Part shown: piece after piece, positions 37,057 to 47,511 of the stretch | How the letters are laid out: the number at the start of each line of letters is the position of its first letter | How positions within the stretch are numbered: the first letter of the stretch is position 1 | NCBI GenBank assembly: GCA_963755125.1 | Contig: CAVWIP010000016.1 | Coordinates: 128,001 to 192,000, forward strand | Direction: 5' to 3' | Length of the DNA: 64,000 bases | Source of the DNA: an uncultured delta proteobacterium | GTDB taxonomy: Bacteria; Myxococcota_A; Polyangia; Fen-1088 | The notes under the pieces: model-generated | Databases searched by the model: none | Told to the model about the DNA's origin: nothing | What the model saw: only the letters and a program-made list of their open reading frames with translations | Position numbers and translations under genes: made by a program

Positions 37057-38631
37057 ATGCGAAAAGCTAGCTACGTGGTGGTCGGCGTGCTCACCGCCGG
37101 TTTCGTCTTGTCCGGGTGTGAAGGCGACCCGAACGATCCGCGTACCTGGGCACGCAAGCTGAGTAATTTGCGCGATCAGAAAGAGGCGCTGGATCAGCTT
37201 GCCAAGATGAGCGTGGAGCGTGCCCAGCAGGCGCTTCCCGAGATGATTGCGCTGTACAAGGAAACCAAGAAGCCGGACCACCTGGAGGCGCTCAGCCGCT
37301 TCCCCAATGACCAGACCAAGTCCCTCTTCATCGAAGCCCTGGACTTCACCGAGGACGACTTTGATCGGGCCGTCATTGCCGCCGGCGCATTGGGTGACAT
37401 GAAGGCCACCGACGCGGTCCCGCAGCTCATCAAGGCGGTCGAGCACCAGCTTCCCATCAAGTCGCGCGCCAACACCGTGCGACTGGCGGCGATTCGCGCC
37501 TTGGTAAAGATTGGCGACAAGCGGGCGGTGCCTGCCCTGATGAAGATCCTCACCACCTCGGCCGACGAGCAAGATTTCTTGCTCAACCAGAAGGCGGCCC
37601 TCGGCTTGGCCGAGTTGCGCGACCCGCAGTCGATCCCGGCGCTCATCAAAGGTCTGTTCATGACCGGCCGTGGCACACAGGTGTTCCAAGAATGCCGTCT
37701 GGCCTTGGTGCGCATCGGAGATCCCGCGGTGGGTCCGCTCATCGATTTGCTCAATGAGAAGAACCCTGAGATCGCCGAGATGGCGCGCAAGCTGGACTTC
37801 GACAAGGTCAGCCCTGGCATCGTGCCATTCAAGGCTGCCTATCTGCTGGGCGATCTGCGCGCGGCGCGTGCCGTGCCGGCCATGGCCGCGCGCCTGAAAG
37901 TCCCGGCCAAGTCGGGCGAGCACAAGGCCATCCTCATCGGCCTCGGTTTCATCGGCACTCCGGAAGCGGTCAGGGTGCTGCTCGACGTGCTGACCGACAA
38001 GAAGGCCGAGGCGACCGACCGTCAGGCTGCCGAGGACGGCATCTACCTGTCAGGGGACAAGCGCGCGGTGCCCATCCTGCTGGATACGGCCAAGAATGGC
38101 TACGTGGTCGTGGGCGGGGTCAAGGCATCCGACCTGCGGGCCAACGCCGCGATCGATCTTGCCCGCATCGCGGGCAAGGAAACCTACGATGCGTTCAAGG
38201 CCCTGGCCGACAAGGAGAAGGACGCGCAGGGAATCTTCGGCGAGGCGCTCGACCGTATGCAGGTGGCCAAAACCTGCGACAAGGACATCGACTGTTACGC
38301 CAAGGTTCTCAATACCGATCCGTCCTGGACCCGCGCTGAGAAGGCGGCGTTCGCCATCGGCTTTTCCGGCAATGCCGCAAAGGGGGTGCCCATCCTGCTC
38401 AGCGCGCTCAAGCCAGTGGCCTCACTGTCCCAGGATCGCTACCCGGTGCACCAGGCCATCCTGCAGTCGCTCACCAAGCTGGCCGATTCATCGTGCAAGA
38501 CCTGCGAAGAGAAGTTGCTCAAGCAAATCGAGCGCGACGAACAGGCGGTGCGCCTGCCCGGCGCACGCGACCTTCTGGGCGAAACCCGTGTGGCCTTGGC
38601 GGTGATCCAGAACAAGAAGAAGGCGAATTAG
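37057..38631 (+). CDS. HEAT/PBS-repeat lipoprotein
   Basis: SD GGAGG; lipobox LSGC; repeated ALGxxxxxxAVPxL units. Confidence 0.82.
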   Translation: MRKASYVVVGVLTAGFVLSGCEGDPNDPRTWARKLSNLRDQKEALDQLAKMSVERAQQALPEMIALYKETKKPDHLEALSRFPNDQTKSLFIEALDFTEDDFDRAVIAAGALGDMKATDAVPQLIKAVEHQLPIKSRANTVRLAAIRALVKIGDKRAVPALMKILTTSADEQDFLLNQKAALGLAELRDPQSIPALIKGLFMTGRGTQVFQECRLALVRIGDPAVGPLIDLLNEKNPEIAEMARKLDFDKVSPGIVPFKAAYLLGDLRAARAVPAMAARLKVPAKSGEHKAILIGLGFIGTPEAVRVLLDVLTDKKAEATDRQAAEDGIYLSGDKRAVPILLDTAKNGYVVVGGVKASDLRANAAIDLARIAGKETYDAFKALADKEKDAQGIFGEALDRMQVAKTCDKDIDCYAKVLNTDPSWTRAEKAAFAIGFSGNAAKGVPILLSALKPVASLSQDRYPVHQAILQSLTKLADSSCKTCEEKLLKQIERDEQAVRLPGARDLLGETRVALAVIQNKKKAN

Positions 38632-38671
38632 GACCGCGGGGTTCGCTCTCACGATCAGGGAGCCGCTCGTG

Positions 38672-39028
38672 CTACGGGGACTGATACTCAGCGACCACGG
38701 TGGTGTGAATGCCACCACGGATGTTGAAGTCACCCTCGACGCGCGCGCGCCGCGGACGAACCGCTGCCACCAAGTCGTCCAGGATGCGGTTGACCACGGC
38801 CTCGTGAAATGCGCCCTGGTTGCGGTACGACCACAGGTACAGTTTCCACGACTTGAGTTCGACGCACAGCTGGTCGGGCACGTACTCGACGCGAACCGTG
38901 GCAAAATCGGGTTGACCTGTCCTGGGGCAAAGGCAGGTGAACTCCGGCGTCTCGAAGCGGATCAGGTAGTCCCGCTCAGGCTTCGGATTGGGGAAGGACT
39001 CGAGTGTCTGGGATGGCGTGGTACCCAT
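38672..39028 (-). CDS. queF: NADPH-dependent preQ0 reductase (short form)
   Basis: [28 protein letters not shown]. Confidence 0.94.
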   Translation of the reverse strand: MGTTPSQTLESFPNPKPERDYLIRFETPEFTCLCPRTGQPDFATVRVEYVPDQLCVELKSWKLYLWSYRNQGAFHEAVVNRILDDLVAAVRPRRARVEGDFNIRGGIHTTVVAEYQSP

Positions 39029-39114
39029 GCACCTGCCATGATAGCAGGCGCCTCTTGCTTGACACTTGCGGAAACCGGAAGTGTCGGGTTCTTGCCTTTG
39101 GAAGGCTCTCTCGC

Positions 39115-39801
39115 ATGATGCGATATCGCTTGTTCTCTCCCCTGTTCCTTTGCGGCCTTCTTGCGCTGGCGCCCTCCCTGGCCACCGCTGCCACCGTGCA
39201 TGGCATGGTCAGTTTGCCTGAAGAGATCAAGTCTGGCCGTCGCTTTCTTGGCCACTGGCGGGTCGAAAACACCACCGTCGCCGTCCAGCCGGCGCCTGCG
39301 CGGGGCGATAGCGTCGTGGTGCTGGTGGGCCCCAAGCCGCAGGTTCTCGCCCCTAAGAACACGCCGGTCGAGATCGTTGGCATGCAGGCCAATCCCGCCA
39401 CGGTGGTCGTGGGCGAGGGTGCGGTGGTGGAATTCAGGAACTCGGACAAGGTTTCGCACGACCTTTCCGTGCCCGGCCGGCCCGAGATCATGCCGCCCGA
39501 ACGTCTGGCTCCGGGCACCGTGCGCAAGCAGCGCTTCGGCATCAGCGGGGAATACGTCGTACGCTGCACCGAGTATCCCCATATTGTGATCTCCGTGATC
39601 GTCACCAGCTCGCCGTTCTTTGCGGCGGTGGATGAGAAGGGGGGCTTCAAGCTGCTCGATGTGCCAGAAGGTCCGGCCACGCTCAAAGTGTGGAGCAATG
39701 GCCGCTGGGTCCACGAACAGGCGGTCGAGGTGACCCCCAGGGGCCTCGACCTGACCATCAAGGTGCCCAGCACGGCCAACAAAGACGTGACCGAGCAATA
39801 G
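39115..39801 (+). CDS. Secreted protein, cupredoxin-like / carboxypeptidase-regulatory-like
   Basis: Signal peptide; [42 protein letters not shown]. Confidence 0.7.
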   Translation: MMRYRLFSPLFLCGLLALAPSLATAATVHGMVSLPEEIKSGRRFLGHWRVENTTVAVQPAPARGDSVVVLVGPKPQVLAPKNTPVEIVGMQANPATVVVGEGAVVEFRNSDKVSHDLSVPGRPEIMPPERLAPGTVRKQRFGISGEYVVRCTEYPHIVISVIVTSSPFFAAVDEKGGFKLLDVPEGPATLKVWSNGRWVHEQAVEVTPRGLDLTIKVPSTANKDVTEQ

Positions 39802-39812
39802 GGGCGAAAGCG

Positions 39813-41642
39813 ATGTTCCTGTCCAAGATATGGTTTGTTCTGGTCGGGCTGCTGGCCGGGGTCGCAGTTACGGCGGCCTTCGTGGCACCCCGCCCGGCCG
39901 ATCGTCACATCGAGCAACTGGAAGGTCAGCGTCTGGATCGTGCGCAATATGCGGCCGAGCAGATGCTAAAGAGCGATGCGCATCGCTGGATCGACTCTGT
40001 GGCCAAGCTGGGCCGCGACGCGCACCTCACTGAGGCTCTCGACTCCTCGTCGCGTGGGGCGGGTGAGCCCAAAGCCCTGCACGAAACCGTGCGCAGCCGT
40101 CTTAAGGCCCTGGTGCCTGACCGCGCCGCCGCTGGCGTGGAGTCGCTTGTCGCCGTGGACAGCAAGGGACGCGTGGTAGCCCGGATAGGCGACGACGAGG
40201 GCGAGTACGGCGAATCGATTGCCGGAGCCGAGGTGGTGGCGGACGCCCTGCGAGGCTATCTGTCCGACGACGTGTGGGGCGCTTCCGGTCGTCTGCGCCG
40301 GGTGGGCGCGGCGCCGGTCATATCCAGGTCACGCGAGCGCATCGTCGGAGCGCTGGTGGTTGCGGTCGAAACCGGCAAGCGCTTGGCCGAGATCTGGAAG
40401 CGCAACCTGGGCGTGGATGTGGCCATCGTGCTCGGCAAGACGGTCGTGTCGTCGACCCTGCCCGAGGCACTCCTCGGCCAGTTGCCGGAACTCATTGAGC
40501 AGCACGCCACCGAGATCGCCAATCACAAGCGCACACGCCCCCTCTCCCTGGACATGGGCAACAAGCGCATGCTCCTGATCGCGGCACCTTTCGTCGGCGA
40601 GGCATCGGAGCAGCGGGCCTACTACGTCCTGCTCAACGAAAAGTCTCCCAAATCCGATCCGTGGGTCCTGCTGTCGAACGCCAAATCGGATGACCTCCGG
40701 TGGGGGGGAGATTTTCCCTGGGTGCCCCTGGCCCTGGGCATGTTGGCCATGATCGGCATCGGTCTCTTCCTGCAGCGGATCGAGGTGGAAGGCCCGATCC
40801 GGCGTCTGCGCGCCGAAGTGCACAGTCTGGCCCGCAACGAGCTGCAGAAGCTCGACGACACCAGGTACGGCGGCAAGCTGGGTGGTGTCGCGCGGGATAT
40901 TAACGCCACGGTCGAGCGTTTCACCCACGCTCCCCCGCCCAAGTCCGAGATGGCCAAGAAGGATATCGCGGCGATTCTGGATCAGAGCGGCTCGGCCGAT
41001 GGCCAGTCGTTCGACGTGTCACGCGCCAAGCCTGCGAAGCCCGCGCCTGCGCCCAACCCGGCGTCGGTCGCCGCATCGCTGTTCGGCGCGCCCAAGCTTC
41101 CGCCCACTGTGGGTGGCCCGCCCCCGGCCGTCGCGCCTCCGTCGCCGGTTGCTGGCCCGCAGGCACCGGCCGCACCGACGGGTAGCACCAGCCGTCCTTC
41201 ATCCCTGCCCACCTTGCCATCACCGTTGGAGACGACGTCGTCCCCCACCGAGGAGTTCGCCGCTGTTTCGCCGTCCTCCCTCATCGAAGCTCCGTCGCCC
41301 CCGCCTCTGCGCCGCGACGTCACTCCGCCACCGGTGCCGGTCGCGGCCGGCCTGACCGCAGCCTTCGCGACCCCACCGCCTGCTCCGCGCCCGGCTCCTG
41401 CGGCGACGAACGAACCCCAAGACGCGGAGACGGTGCACTTTCAACAGGTCTTTGAAGAATACATCGCCCTTCGCGGCAAGTGTGGCGAGTCGACGACCTC
41501 AGTTTCCGCGGAGAAGTTCCTCGCCAAGCTGAAGAGCAACCGCGACCAGTTGGTCGCCAAGTACAGCTGCCGTACAGCTCGCTTCTCGGTCTACGTCAAG
41601 GACGGCAAGGCGGCTATCAAGGCCACGCCGGTACGAAGTTAG
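39813..41642 (+). CDS. MXAN_5187-family membrane protein
   Basis: Two TMs around a Cache-like domain, Pro-rich linker, C-terminal HFQQVFEEY...FSVYVKDGKAAIKATP. Confidence 0.8.
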   Translation: MFLSKIWFVLVGLLAGVAVTAAFVAPRPADRHIEQLEGQRLDRAQYAAEQMLKSDAHRWIDSVAKLGRDAHLTEALDSSSRGAGEPKALHETVRSRLKALVPDRAAAGVESLVAVDSKGRVVARIGDDEGEYGESIAGAEVVADALRGYLSDDVWGASGRLRRVGAAPVISRSRERIVGALVVAVETGKRLAEIWKRNLGVDVAIVLGKTVVSSTLPEALLGQLPELIEQHATEIANHKRTRPLSLDMGNKRMLLIAAPFVGEASEQRAYYVLLNEKSPKSDPWVLLSNAKSDDLRWGGDFPWVPLALGMLAMIGIGLFLQRIEVEGPIRRLRAEVHSLARNELQKLDDTRYGGKLGGVARDINATVERFTHAPPPKSEMAKKDIAAILDQSGSADGQSFDVSRAKPAKPAPAPNPASVAASLFGAPKLPPTVGGPPPAVAPPSPVAGPQAPAAPTGSTSRPSSLPTLPSPLETTSSPTEEFAAVSPSSLIEAPSPPPLRRDVTPPPVPVAAGLTAAFATPPPAPRPAPAATNEPQDAETVHFQQVFEEYIALRGKCGESTTSVSAEKFLAKLKSNRDQLVAKYSCRTARFSVYVKDGKAAIKATPVRS

Positions 41643-44096
41643 CTACTCGTTTTTCTCCAGCAGCATCTGATCCGGATTGTCCTGCTCGTCGGTTGGAACC
41701 GCGGCTTCCTTGGGCGCGGTGCCATCGAGAAAGACTTCGCTCATGCCTTCCACGCCCGGCGCGGGCAGAAGCCCGGTAGTCGGATCGATCTGAACCACGA
41801 CCACCCCCGGCGGCTGGCTGAAGTCACGCACCGGACGGCCGGCCATGGCCTTGACCATGAAGTCGATCCACAGCGGCAGCGCGGTCCGGGCGCCGGCCTC
41901 GCCGTGCCCCAGGCTCTTGCCGTCGTCGAAGCCGACCCACACGGCCGCCAGCAATTCAGGCGTGAACCCGACGAACCACGCATCCCGGCTGCCGTTGGAC
42001 GTTCCCGTCTTGCCCGCCGCCGGCCTCTGCAGCTTGAGCGCGGCTGCGCGCGCCGTGCCCGACTCGATCACGCTCTTCATGAGAGACACCACGATGTACG
42101 CCGTCTCGGCACGAACATCCTGCTCGAGCGGGGGCGTGGGGATCGCCTCAGGGCCAAAGGCGGAGATGAGGCGCGGCTCGCCGTGCTGGCCGCCGGCCGC
42201 GAAGGTGGCGTAGGCGTTGGCCAACTCGATGGGCGTGACCGTGTTGGCGCCCAAGGCCAGGGAAAGTTCGAGCGAATCGGGCAAGGGCGAGGTGATGCCG
42301 GCGTGGACGGCCATCTCGCGGGTGGCGGTGATGCCGACGTCGGAAAGCAGCTTGATGGCCACGGTGTTGATGGACAGCGCCAGGGCGGTGCGCAGCCGGA
42401 CCGGGCCGCGGAAGTTGTCCTTGTCGTAGTTCTGCGGCTTCCACAGCTTGTACACCTCGGGGGTGTCGTTGATTACCGAAGCCGCGGTGTAGCGCTGGGA
42501 ATCGATGGCCGCGGCGTAGATGAACGGCTTGAACGCCGAGCCGGGCTGGCGCTGCGCCCGCTGCGAACGATCGAAGGTGCCGGCGCGATAGCCGTAGCCC
42601 CCGACCAAAGCCAGGATGTCGCGCGTAGCCGGGTCAAGCACCACCATGGCCGCCTGCGGGCCGAGCTCCAGTGCCAGCGGCATGTCCTTATCGCCCTCGT
42701 GCTTGCGCTCGGGCGCGAAGCGAACGCGCACGATGTCGCCGGGACGAAAACGATCCACGAGCGGCGAGGCGCCCAAAGCGTAGCGCGTCTCCACCGCGGT
42801 ATCGACCACTCCGGTGCTGCCGCCCACGAAGACGAAGAGGTGACCGTTCTTGGCGTCGTTGGGATCCTTCTCGACGCGCTCCACGATTCCGTCCACGATG
42901 TCGGCATCGCCCAAGCTCGGGTGCTCCTTCTTCAGCTCGAAGCGGCGCTTCTCCAGAGCTTTGCCCGCCACATGGCCAAGCGATCCCCGGTAGCCCTGGC
43001 GCTGATCCAGCTCTTCCAGCCCGCGCTCCACCGCCTGGCGGGCCATCGCCTGCAAGCGTGGATCGATGGTGGTCTTGACCGTCAGCCCCAGGGTATCGAG
43101 TTTTCCGGCGCCGAATTTCTCCTCGAGCGCGCGGTGCACACTGTCGACCGCCTCGGGCGCGCTGTGGGTACGCGCACTGTTCTCGGGAATCACGGCAATG
43201 GGCTGCTCGGCCAGCTTGCGCGCGGTATCTTCGTAGATGAACTCCAGCTTGGCCATTTGCCCGAGCACGTAGCTCTGACGTTTCTTAGCCGCCTCGGGGT
43301 GCTTGTAGGGCGACAGGCGCGAGGGCGACTGCAACATGCCGGCCAGCAGCGCCGCCTCGGCGACGTCAATCTCGCCCACTGATTTGCCGAAGTAAAAACG
43401 CGCCGCCTCCTCCACGCCGTAGCGGCCGTGGCCGAAGTACATCTGGTTGAGGTACAGCTCGAGGATCTCTTCCTTGGAGAATTTCTGCGAGATTCGTCGC
43501 GCCAGGATGATCTCCTGCACCTTGCGCCGCATGGTCTTCTCGGGCGTGAGCAGCATCTGCTTGACCACCTGTTGCGTGATGGTCGAGGCGCCTTGGGCGA
43601 ATTCTCGGCGCATGAGGTTCTCGAAAAGGGCGCGCGCCATGCCCTTGTAGTCCAGCCCTTCGTGCTCAAAAAAATCGGCGTCCTCGGCGGCAAGCACGGC
43701 CTGAATCAGCACCTTGGGCAACTGGGCGTAGAACACCACAGTTCGGTGTTCCGAGCCCACCTCGCCTATCAGGTTGCCGTCGCGATCCAGCACGCGACTG
43801 ATCTGAGGCGGATGGTAGTCGCCAATGCCGCTCAGGCTGGGCAGGTTGGGATCGTGACCGAAGTAGTAGAACACCGCCGCCAGCGCGCCCACGCCCAGCA
43901 GCACGGGCGAGAGCAAGAGCAGCAACCAGCACAGAATGCGCAGGCCCCACCCGCGCGTCGGGCGGCGCCGGCGCCGCCTCGGGCTCGGGGCCGGGGCAGC
44001 CGGTTCCACCGAATCGCGCGGTGACCGATCGATCTCCAGGATGGAATCAATCGGGTCGAAGCGATCCGCACCGGACCTGCTGCCGCTCTTGGCCAT
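41643..44096 (-). CDS. mrcA: Penicillin-binding protein 1A (class A PBP)
   Basis: GT motifs AEDADFFEH, GASTITQQ, RKVQE, ILELYLN; TP motifs SAFK, SIN, KTG. Confidence 0.93.
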   Translation of the reverse strand: MAKSGSRSGADRFDPIDSILEIDRSPRDSVEPAAPAPSPRRRRRRPTRGWGLRILCWLLLLLSPVLLGVGALAAVFYYFGHDPNLPSLSGIGDYHPPQISRVLDRDGNLIGEVGSEHRTVVFYAQLPKVLIQAVLAAEDADFFEHEGLDYKGMARALFENLMRREFAQGASTITQQVVKQMLLTPEKTMRRKVQEIILARRISQKFSKEEILELYLNQMYFGHGRYGVEEAARFYFGKSVGEIDVAEAALLAGMLQSPSRLSPYKHPEAAKKRQSYVLGQMAKLEFIYEDTARKLAEQPIAVIPENSARTHSAPEAVDSVHRALEEKFGAGKLDTLGLTVKTTIDPRLQAMARQAVERGLEELDQRQGYRGSLGHVAGKALEKRRFELKKEHPSLGDADIVDGIVERVEKDPNDAKNGHLFVFVGGSTGVVDTAVETRYALGASPLVDRFRPGDIVRVRFAPERKHEGDKDMPLALELGPQAAMVVLDPATRDILALVGGYGYRAGTFDRSQRAQRQPGSAFKPFIYAAAIDSQRYTAASVINDTPEVYKLWKPQNYDKDNFRGPVRLRTALALSINTVAIKLLSDVGITATREMAVHAGITSPLPDSLELSLALGANTVTPIELANAYATFAAGGQHGEPRLISAFGPEAIPTPPLEQDVRAETAYIVVSLMKSVIESGTARAAALKLQRPAAGKTGTSNGSRDAWFVGFTPELLAAVWVGFDDGKSLGHGEAGARTALPLWIDFMVKAMAGRPVRDFSQPPGVVVVQIDPTTGLLPAPGVEGMSEVFLDGTAPKEAAVPTDEQDNPDQMLLEKNE

Positions 44097-44158
44097 CGGG
44101 AGGTCAGTGTAGTGTAGTGCGAGTCCGGGCACCCAACCAAATATGCGAGTTCATTCGG

Positions 44159-46411
44159 TCATTGCGAATCGGCGTCGGCTTCTGCTTCGACCTCGGGCTT
44201 GGCGGTGATGCGGCGGACCCAGTCGAGACACTGCTTCTCGGTGAGAGTCATCTCGCTGTGATCGAAACTCAGTGTCGAGGCCGTGGCGGCCGCGTATTCC
44301 TCCTCGGTCAAGCGGTCGCGCTCGTACATGCGGGTCAGGATGCGACGCAGGTACTTCTCCCAGGCGGGCGAGAGCGCGCCATGGCAGTAGTGCACGTAGC
44401 GTCGCTTGGGGCTGGGCAGGATGGACGAAAAGAATGCCGCCTCGATCGGGTTGATGTCGGCCGCGGCCTTGCCGAAGTAGTGCCGTGCCGCCGGGCCAAT
44501 GCCATACAGTCGCGGCCCGAACTCGATGGCGTTGAGATACAGCTCGAGGATGCGTTCCTTGGGCAGGATCTGCTCCAGGTACCAGACCAGAAACAGCTCC
44601 TGGAGTTTACGCGAGAGCGTCTTCTCCTGGCTGAGCAGCAGGTTCTTCACCATCTGCATGGTGATGGACGAAGCACCCAGCCGGAACCCGTCGTTCTCGA
44701 TATTGCGGCGCAAGGCCGTCTTGAACACCGGCGACACCCAGCCGCGGTGCTTGAAGAACCCGGAGTCCTCGGTGGTCATGATGGCGTTGATGAGGTGGGG
44801 CGAGACCTGGGCAAAGGGGACGAAGTCCGGATTATCGGGCCCCACGATGAAGGTCATGACCTCGCTGCTGCCGTTACCCGGCGGCTCGGGAGGAACCTCC
44901 ACGGTTTGCACCAGGGATCCGTCACCTGCGAGCGCGGCAACCTCGGTGGGAGCCTTGACCACCTGACAGCCGTCGATGCCGACCTTGCCCCCCAGATCCA
45001 GGGCGTCGAGGTTGGCGAAGTCGATTTTGGTGTGCAAGTCGGCCTCGAACGTGCCCTGCAACACGAAACCATCGAGGTGCGACACGATAGGCCCAGGGAT
45101 GCTGGCCAGCAGCTTGGCGCAGGCGATGCGGGGCACGCGCAGTTGCACCTCAAGCTTGGGCAGGTAGTGCAACTCGCGGCCACTCTTGAAGCGGAAGGTC
45201 CCCTGCGCCAGTTCCAGCGAGCCGGCCAGCCGCACCGTCAGGCTGCCAAGACGGCCCTCCGCTTGGTTGAGGACCAGGAGCCGCTTGTCCAAGTCGACCG
45301 CGCCGTCCACGTGCATACCGAAGGTCAGGTCGTTGACCGGCTCGCTTGCCAGCTTCTCGTGCAACAGGCTCAGCCCACTCACATCCAGCTTGCCCGAGAA
45401 CGAGACGCGCCGGCCTTCCAGCTTGACCTCGATGGCCGCATCGATCTCGGTGTTCTCGGGTTCGAGAACCGAGGACGGCAGGATCTCGGCGATCTTGTCG
45501 AGCGAGAAGCGCTCAGCCCGCACGGCCAGGGTGCCCTCGACCGAACGGGAAGCGATCGACGGTCGCAGTTGGCCTGTTGCGGTCCACAGGGCGCGCTTGG
45601 CACCGCCGTAGCTGCCGGAAAAAAACAAGTCGAAGGCGCGGGCAGGGGATCCCTGTGCAGCTGTCACGGGCCTGACCGCCCCGCTGATGCCGGTGAGCGG
45701 CAAGGTCTCCAGCGGCCGCACATAGCCCTCACGCACCGCCGCCTCGGGCCAGCCCACCGGGCGCAGGCCCATGAGGCTTCCCTGCAGGGTCAAGCTTTCG
45801 GCACCAAACGCCGGATTGGTCTCGGTCCCGTGCGTGCCGAATCTCCCGGAAACCTGCCTCACCTCGGCCTGGTAGCGCAGGCCCGTGTCCCATCTCGCGT
45901 CCACCACCCCTACGGTCACAGACAACCCCTTGCGACTGTCCGTGAGCTGAAGGCTGCCACCACGCACGACCAGAGACGGTAGGGACGACGAGCCGGCCTT
46001 GCCGGGAACCGGCCCGGCGGCGGTTCCATGAAGTCGCCCCAGGATGGCACTCACGTTGTCCCCGGGCCCGCCGCGCACGAGATTGGCGGCCGGGCCGTCA
46101 GCTTCGACAACCCCGCGGCCCCACAGAGCGGAGAAAGGGATCGCCACTCTGTCCACGGTCAGCAGCGGCCCCTGCTCTCTCCCCACCACCAGGCCGTAGA
46201 GCCGGAGCACGCCCCATCCTGCGCGCGCCCGCTGGACCTCCACGGAAACACCCAGCTTGGCCGCAGCCTTAGATGTGACCAAGTACCCGCCGAGCGCGCC
46301 CACGGCTATGGGATAGGTCGCCACCGCCCCTGCGACAATGCTCAGGGCCCAAACCCGCCGGTCAAGCAGGATGGTCTTGAGAAAACGCAAGAGCCTGACT
46401 ATGAGCGGCAT
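44159..46411 (-). CDS. Peptidoglycan transglycosylase-domain protein with long N-terminal beta-rich region
   Basis: TEDSGFFKHRG, GASSITMQMVKN, RKLQE, KERILELYLN; no transpeptidase domain. Confidence 0.85.
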   Translation of the reverse strand: MPLIVRLLRFLKTILLDRRVWALSIVAGAVATYPIAVGALGGYLVTSKAAAKLGVSVEVQRARAGWGVLRLYGLVVGREQGPLLTVDRVAIPFSALWGRGVVEADGPAANLVRGGPGDNVSAILGRLHGTAAGPVPGKAGSSSLPSLVVRGGSLQLTDSRKGLSVTVGVVDARWDTGLRYQAEVRQVSGRFGTHGTETNPAFGAESLTLQGSLMGLRPVGWPEAAVREGYVRPLETLPLTGISGAVRPVTAAQGSPARAFDLFFSGSYGGAKRALWTATGQLRPSIASRSVEGTLAVRAERFSLDKIAEILPSSVLEPENTEIDAAIEVKLEGRRVSFSGKLDVSGLSLLHEKLASEPVNDLTFGMHVDGAVDLDKRLLVLNQAEGRLGSLTVRLAGSLELAQGTFRFKSGRELHYLPKLEVQLRVPRIACAKLLASIPGPIVSHLDGFVLQGTFEADLHTKIDFANLDALDLGGKVGIDGCQVVKAPTEVAALAGDGSLVQTVEVPPEPPGNGSSEVMTFIVGPDNPDFVPFAQVSPHLINAIMTTEDSGFFKHRGWVSPVFKTALRRNIENDGFRLGASSITMQMVKNLLLSQEKTLSRKLQELFLVWYLEQILPKERILELYLNAIEFGPRLYGIGPAARHYFGKAAADINPIEAAFFSSILPSPKRRYVHYCHGALSPAWEKYLRRILTRMYERDRLTEEEYAAATASTLSFDHSEMTLTEKQCLDWVRRITAKPEVEAEADADSQ

Positions 46412-46586
46412 TCGGGGGCAAGGCATTCTACCCGCCAGGCACAGCCCAGGTCACCCAAGAGTGGTTGTTCGTGACATACAACGTCCATCGACTGCGACGA
46501 AGGTTCCCATGCAGTCTGCGGGCATGGTCGGGTGGCTTGCCTTTTCGGCCAGCGCATGCCAGACGAATGAGAGCAAAGGAGACATC

Positions 46587-47447
46587 GTGAAGGCCAACTC
46601 TGTCGTGCCGGTTGCAAGTGGCAGCGTCTTCTCTTTCCAGTTTGGCGACACGCTCTTCGCGGTCGACGCGAGCCGGGGCGGCCGCATTGTCACCTTCGCC
46701 CTCTCGGGTCGCAACATCTTGACCGGGCCGGCGGTAGACCCGGCCAACTTCGGGTCAACCTTCTGGCCCAGCCCGCAGAGCGACTGGAACTGGCCGCCTC
46801 TGCCCGAGATCGATTCGGCGCCCTATGCGGCTAGCCTCGACGGGGGCGTGCTCTCTCTGTCTGGCGCAGCCGCGACCAATTTGGGTCTTGCGGTGGAAAA
46901 GAAGTTCTCTGCTGACAGGGCGACCGGGGTGGTCACCGTGGCGTACACCGTTGCCAACCGCGGCAGCAATGCACGCCGGGTGGCGCCCTGGGAGATCACG
47001 CGTGTCGCGGCTGGCGGCCTCTCCTTCTTCCCGATGGGCCAGGGTGGGCCGCGAAAAGGGCCGCAAGACCTGCTGAATACAACCATCGTGAATGGCGTGG
47101 CATGGTTCGCGTACGACGCTGCTGCCATCACAGCGGATCAGAAGCTCTTCGCCGATGGGCTGGAAGGCTGGATAGCCCATGTTGACGGCGATCTCCTCCT
47201 GGTGAAGTCCTTCACCGACACGCGCCCTTCGCAAGCCGCTCCCGGCGAGGCGGAGATCGAACTGTACGCCAACGCTGGCCACACCTATGTCGAGGTCGAG
47301 AACCAGGGCGCCTATGTCAATCTCGCACCGGGCGCCGCTACTACCTGGACCGTGCGCTGGATGCTGCGCAAGCTCGACCTTGCGGCCACGCCCGCGACCG
47401 TTGGCAGCGCGTCCCTGGTGGACCTGGTGCGCAGCCTGGTCAAGTGA
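46587..47447 (+). CDS. DUF4380-like (galactose mutarotase-like) protein
   Basis: SD AAAGGAG before GTG; GGRIV, GSTFWPSPQSDW, APWEITRV, YVEVENQG. Confidence 0.7.
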   Translation: MKANSVVPVASGSVFSFQFGDTLFAVDASRGGRIVTFALSGRNILTGPAVDPANFGSTFWPSPQSDWNWPPLPEIDSAPYAASLDGGVLSLSGAAATNLGLAVEKKFSADRATGVVTVAYTVANRGSNARRVAPWEITRVAAGGLSFFPMGQGGPRKGPQDLLNTTIVNGVAWFAYDAAAITADQKLFADGLEGWIAHVDGDLLLVKSFTDTRPSQAAPGEAEIELYANAGHTYVEVENQGAYVNLAPGAATTWTVRWMLRKLDLAATPATVGSASLVDLVRSLVK

Positions 47448-47468
47448 CGTAGTACGCGGGGCCAGTGG

Positions 47469-47511
47469 CCGGATCCCGAACCGGATCCGGTGCCGGTCCC
47501 GGAACCGGCAC
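47469..47511. terminator. Tandem hairpins between convergent genes
   Basis: CCGGATCC-n6-GGATCCGG followed by GTGCCGGT-n6-ACCGGCAC; no U-tract. Confidence 0.45.

Noticed and set aside
39029..39114. preQ1 riboswitch upstream of queF
   Set aside because: No preQ1 aptamer consensus or A-rich tail; the region looks like a divergent promoter with a near-leaderless start
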